Source of the DNA: Elainellaceae cyanobacterium
GTDB taxonomy: Bacteria > Cyanobacteriota > Cyanobacteriia > CAZCXK01
Reading direction: 5' to 3'
NCBI GenBank assembly: GCA_051117555.1
Contig: JBNPEG010000013.1
Span: forward strand, 22,454 to 86,453
DNA length: 64,000 nucleotides
The position numbers were made by a program, and so were the translations under genes. Below the pieces are notes generated by a model. The model was not told where the DNA came from. It made no database searches and saw only the letters and a program-made list of their open reading frames with translations. Shown here piece by piece: positions 62,585 through 64,000 of this stretch (position 1 is its first letter; every line of letters starts with the position of its first letter).

Positions 62585-63781
62585 CTATTTGCGAATGGGG
62601 GTTCCACATGGATAGGTCGCCACAGGCTCTCTCCCGGCGGTAGGTTTTCTCTGAGTCGGTTGAATAAAAGACCGTTCAGATTGCTGCGCCTGCGCGGTTA
62701 AGTAATCACGTCGCAGCGTTTCGAGCCATTCTTCACGACGGTCATACAAGCGCTTTAAGGGTCTGGGCGGGCATTGGTTGATGACATATGCCGTCAAGAT
62801 AGGCAATGCAATGGTGTTATCGGTGTAACACACAATCGTGCTGGGAAGTTCATCTGGGTCAACTTTTCCCCAGCTTACGGCTTCGCTCGGAGTAGCCCCC
62901 GATAAACCGCCCGTGTCAGGGCGAGCATCCGTAATTTGAATAAAGTAGTCATGCCCGCGTTCTTCTAGCCCCAGCACCTCATGGATTTGAGGCTGAGTTT
63001 GTAAGAGAAAGTTTTTAGGACTCCCACCGCCGATGATAATAGCAGCACTCTTTCCTTCTCCGTCTGGCGAATCAGTCTGGCGCGCACTGTAGGCGATCGC
63101 CGCCGTCTCATTAACATCGATGGATGGATCGATAACCAACTCGGAGCCTTCTAGCGCCAACGCTGCAACATTCATCCCAATCGAACTATCGCCAGGTGAT
63201 GACGTATAAATCGGGACGCCACACTCATAAGCCGTTGCCAGCAAACTAGAGTTTTTTACCCCAATCTGCTGTTCAACGTGATGCACGGCCTGCCCTAACA
63301 GATAGTGGAACTCTGCCGTTCCCATACGCTTTTGGAATGGCTCAGCCTTGATCACGTTGCGAATAAACGCATCAGTTTCTAATAAAACATCGTAGCCAAA
63401 TACAATATCGTAGATGCGAATACGGCCTTCTTGCCGAAGTTTGACATCATCTACAAACGGATGGCTAGAGTATAAATCGAGCCCCAGTCCGTAGTGGATA
63501 TCGTGATAAAGATTAGCTCCAGTGCTGATGATCCAATCAATCATGCCACTCCGAATTAGAGGCGCAAGAACAGAAATTCCATATCCTGCAGGCGTCATCG
63601 CGCCAGACAAGCTTAGCCCTACGGTGACTCCCTCTCTCATCACGTTTCGGCTCAGCAAATGACAGATTTCCCGTAGGCGAGCCGAGTTATAGGCTGTGAA
63701 ATAGTGATCAATCAAATCAACTACGCTGACATTCGCGGAAATTGGATCGGGCGCGATTTTGCGGCTAGGCACTTTAGACAT
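62585..63781 (-). CDS. Deoxyhypusine synthase-like protein
   Basis: DHS-family blocks ([25 protein letters not shown]). ORF runs to 63862, but the LILILIL segment arises from a 12-nt tandem duplication, so start is probably MSKVPS at 63781. Confidence 0.8.
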   Translation of the reverse strand: MSKVPSRKIAPDPISANVSVVDLIDHYFTAYNSARLREICHLLSRNVMREGVTVGLSLSGAMTPAGYGISVLAPLIRSGMIDWIISTGANLYHDIHYGLGLDLYSSHPFVDDVKLRQEGRIRIYDIVFGYDVLLETDAFIRNVIKAEPFQKRMGTAEFHYLLGQAVHHVEQQIGVKNSSLLATAYECGVPIYTSSPGDSSIGMNVAALALEGSELVIDPSIDVNETAAIAYSARQTDSPDGEGKSAAIIIGGGSPKNFLLQTQPQIHEVLGLEERGHDYFIQITDARPDTGGLSGATPSEAVSWGKVDPDELPSTIVCYTDNTIALPILTAYVINQCPPRPLKRLYDRREEWLETLRRDYLTAQAQQSERSFIQPTQRKPTAGREPVATYPCGTPIRK

Positions 63782-63939
63782 GGAAAGACTCCTATCGTAA
63801 ATATTGAGTATCAAGATGAGTATCAAGATGAGCGTTAGAAGATTGGGGTTGATGGAAGACAAGAGCCGTCATCCAAAATTCAAACGCGCATGCTTGAGAA
63901 CCTGAAAAATTAGGCAGTCTACAGCAATCCCAAATGGGT

Positions 63940-63980
63940 TGTGAGTGGTGGGGCAGGCGCCACCCGCCCCACCACTCACA
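63940..63980. repeat. Perfect 14-15-bp-stem hairpin
   Basis: gtgagtggtggggc / gccccaccactcac arms with 11-nt loop. No flanking T-run. Confidence 0.6.
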
Positions 63981-64000
63981 CACAATTCACAAGCGATTTA

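Noticed and set aside
63782-63862. N-terminal LILILIL extension of the deoxyhypusine synthase ORF
   Set aside because: It is produced by translating a 12-nt tandem duplication (gagtatcaagat x2). The DHS family starts near MSKVPS, so the extension is most likely 5' UTR.
1-64000. tRNA/rRNA genes, CRISPR arrays, transposases or integrases
   Set aside because: No GTTCGAATC-type T-loop contexts or cloverleaf-compatible segments were seen in the intergenic regions. The only short direct repeats (13-50, 29842-29952, 63806-63829) lack spacers and repeat length for CRISPR. No protein resembles a transposase, integrase or Cas.

Overview
This window reads as a cyanobacterial chromosomal segment. The octamer palindrome GCGATCGC (HIP1) occurs dozens of times on both strands. 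About 55 protein-coding genes were called. No tRNA, rRNA, CRISPR array, transposase or integrase could be supported. Housekeeping content includes queF, rne with its long 5' leader, rnhB, pheA, dprA, a four-ACT aspartokinase, exbB-exbD, an S2P/RseP-like protease, nth, rpsN, aat, ftsX, def, dtd, amiC-like amidase with AMIN domains, gcvT and deoxyhypusine synthase. Three regions look like accessory or unusual content. (1) At the left edge, four tandem paralogous ~600-aa family-5 (Opp/Dpp/Nik-type) substrate-binding lipoproteins are co-oriented with queF and coupled to it by a stop/start overlap, with no permease or ATPase in the locus. (2) At 37.3-44.6 kb there is a phospho-Ser/Thr and protease signalling cluster with no kinase: an FHA-PrsW membrane protease fusion, a CHAT caspase-like protease fused to FHA, a Zn-ribbon-PP2C-TM-SH3-like phosphatase, and two small unknowns. 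This is the best candidate for an undescribed system. (3) A 924-aa protein carries four PPC domains and about seven ELWxxDGT repeats but no signal peptide. Next to it sits a ferrochelatase-family chelatase with a poly-His tail. Other oddities are a fused double-ATPase Opp/Dpp-type ABC protein translationally coupled to a GT2 glycosyltransferase, a stand-alone SWIM zinc-finger protein coupled to a secreted DUF4189 protein, a 1.5-kb gene-poor gap, and several strong hairpins and short tandem repeats.
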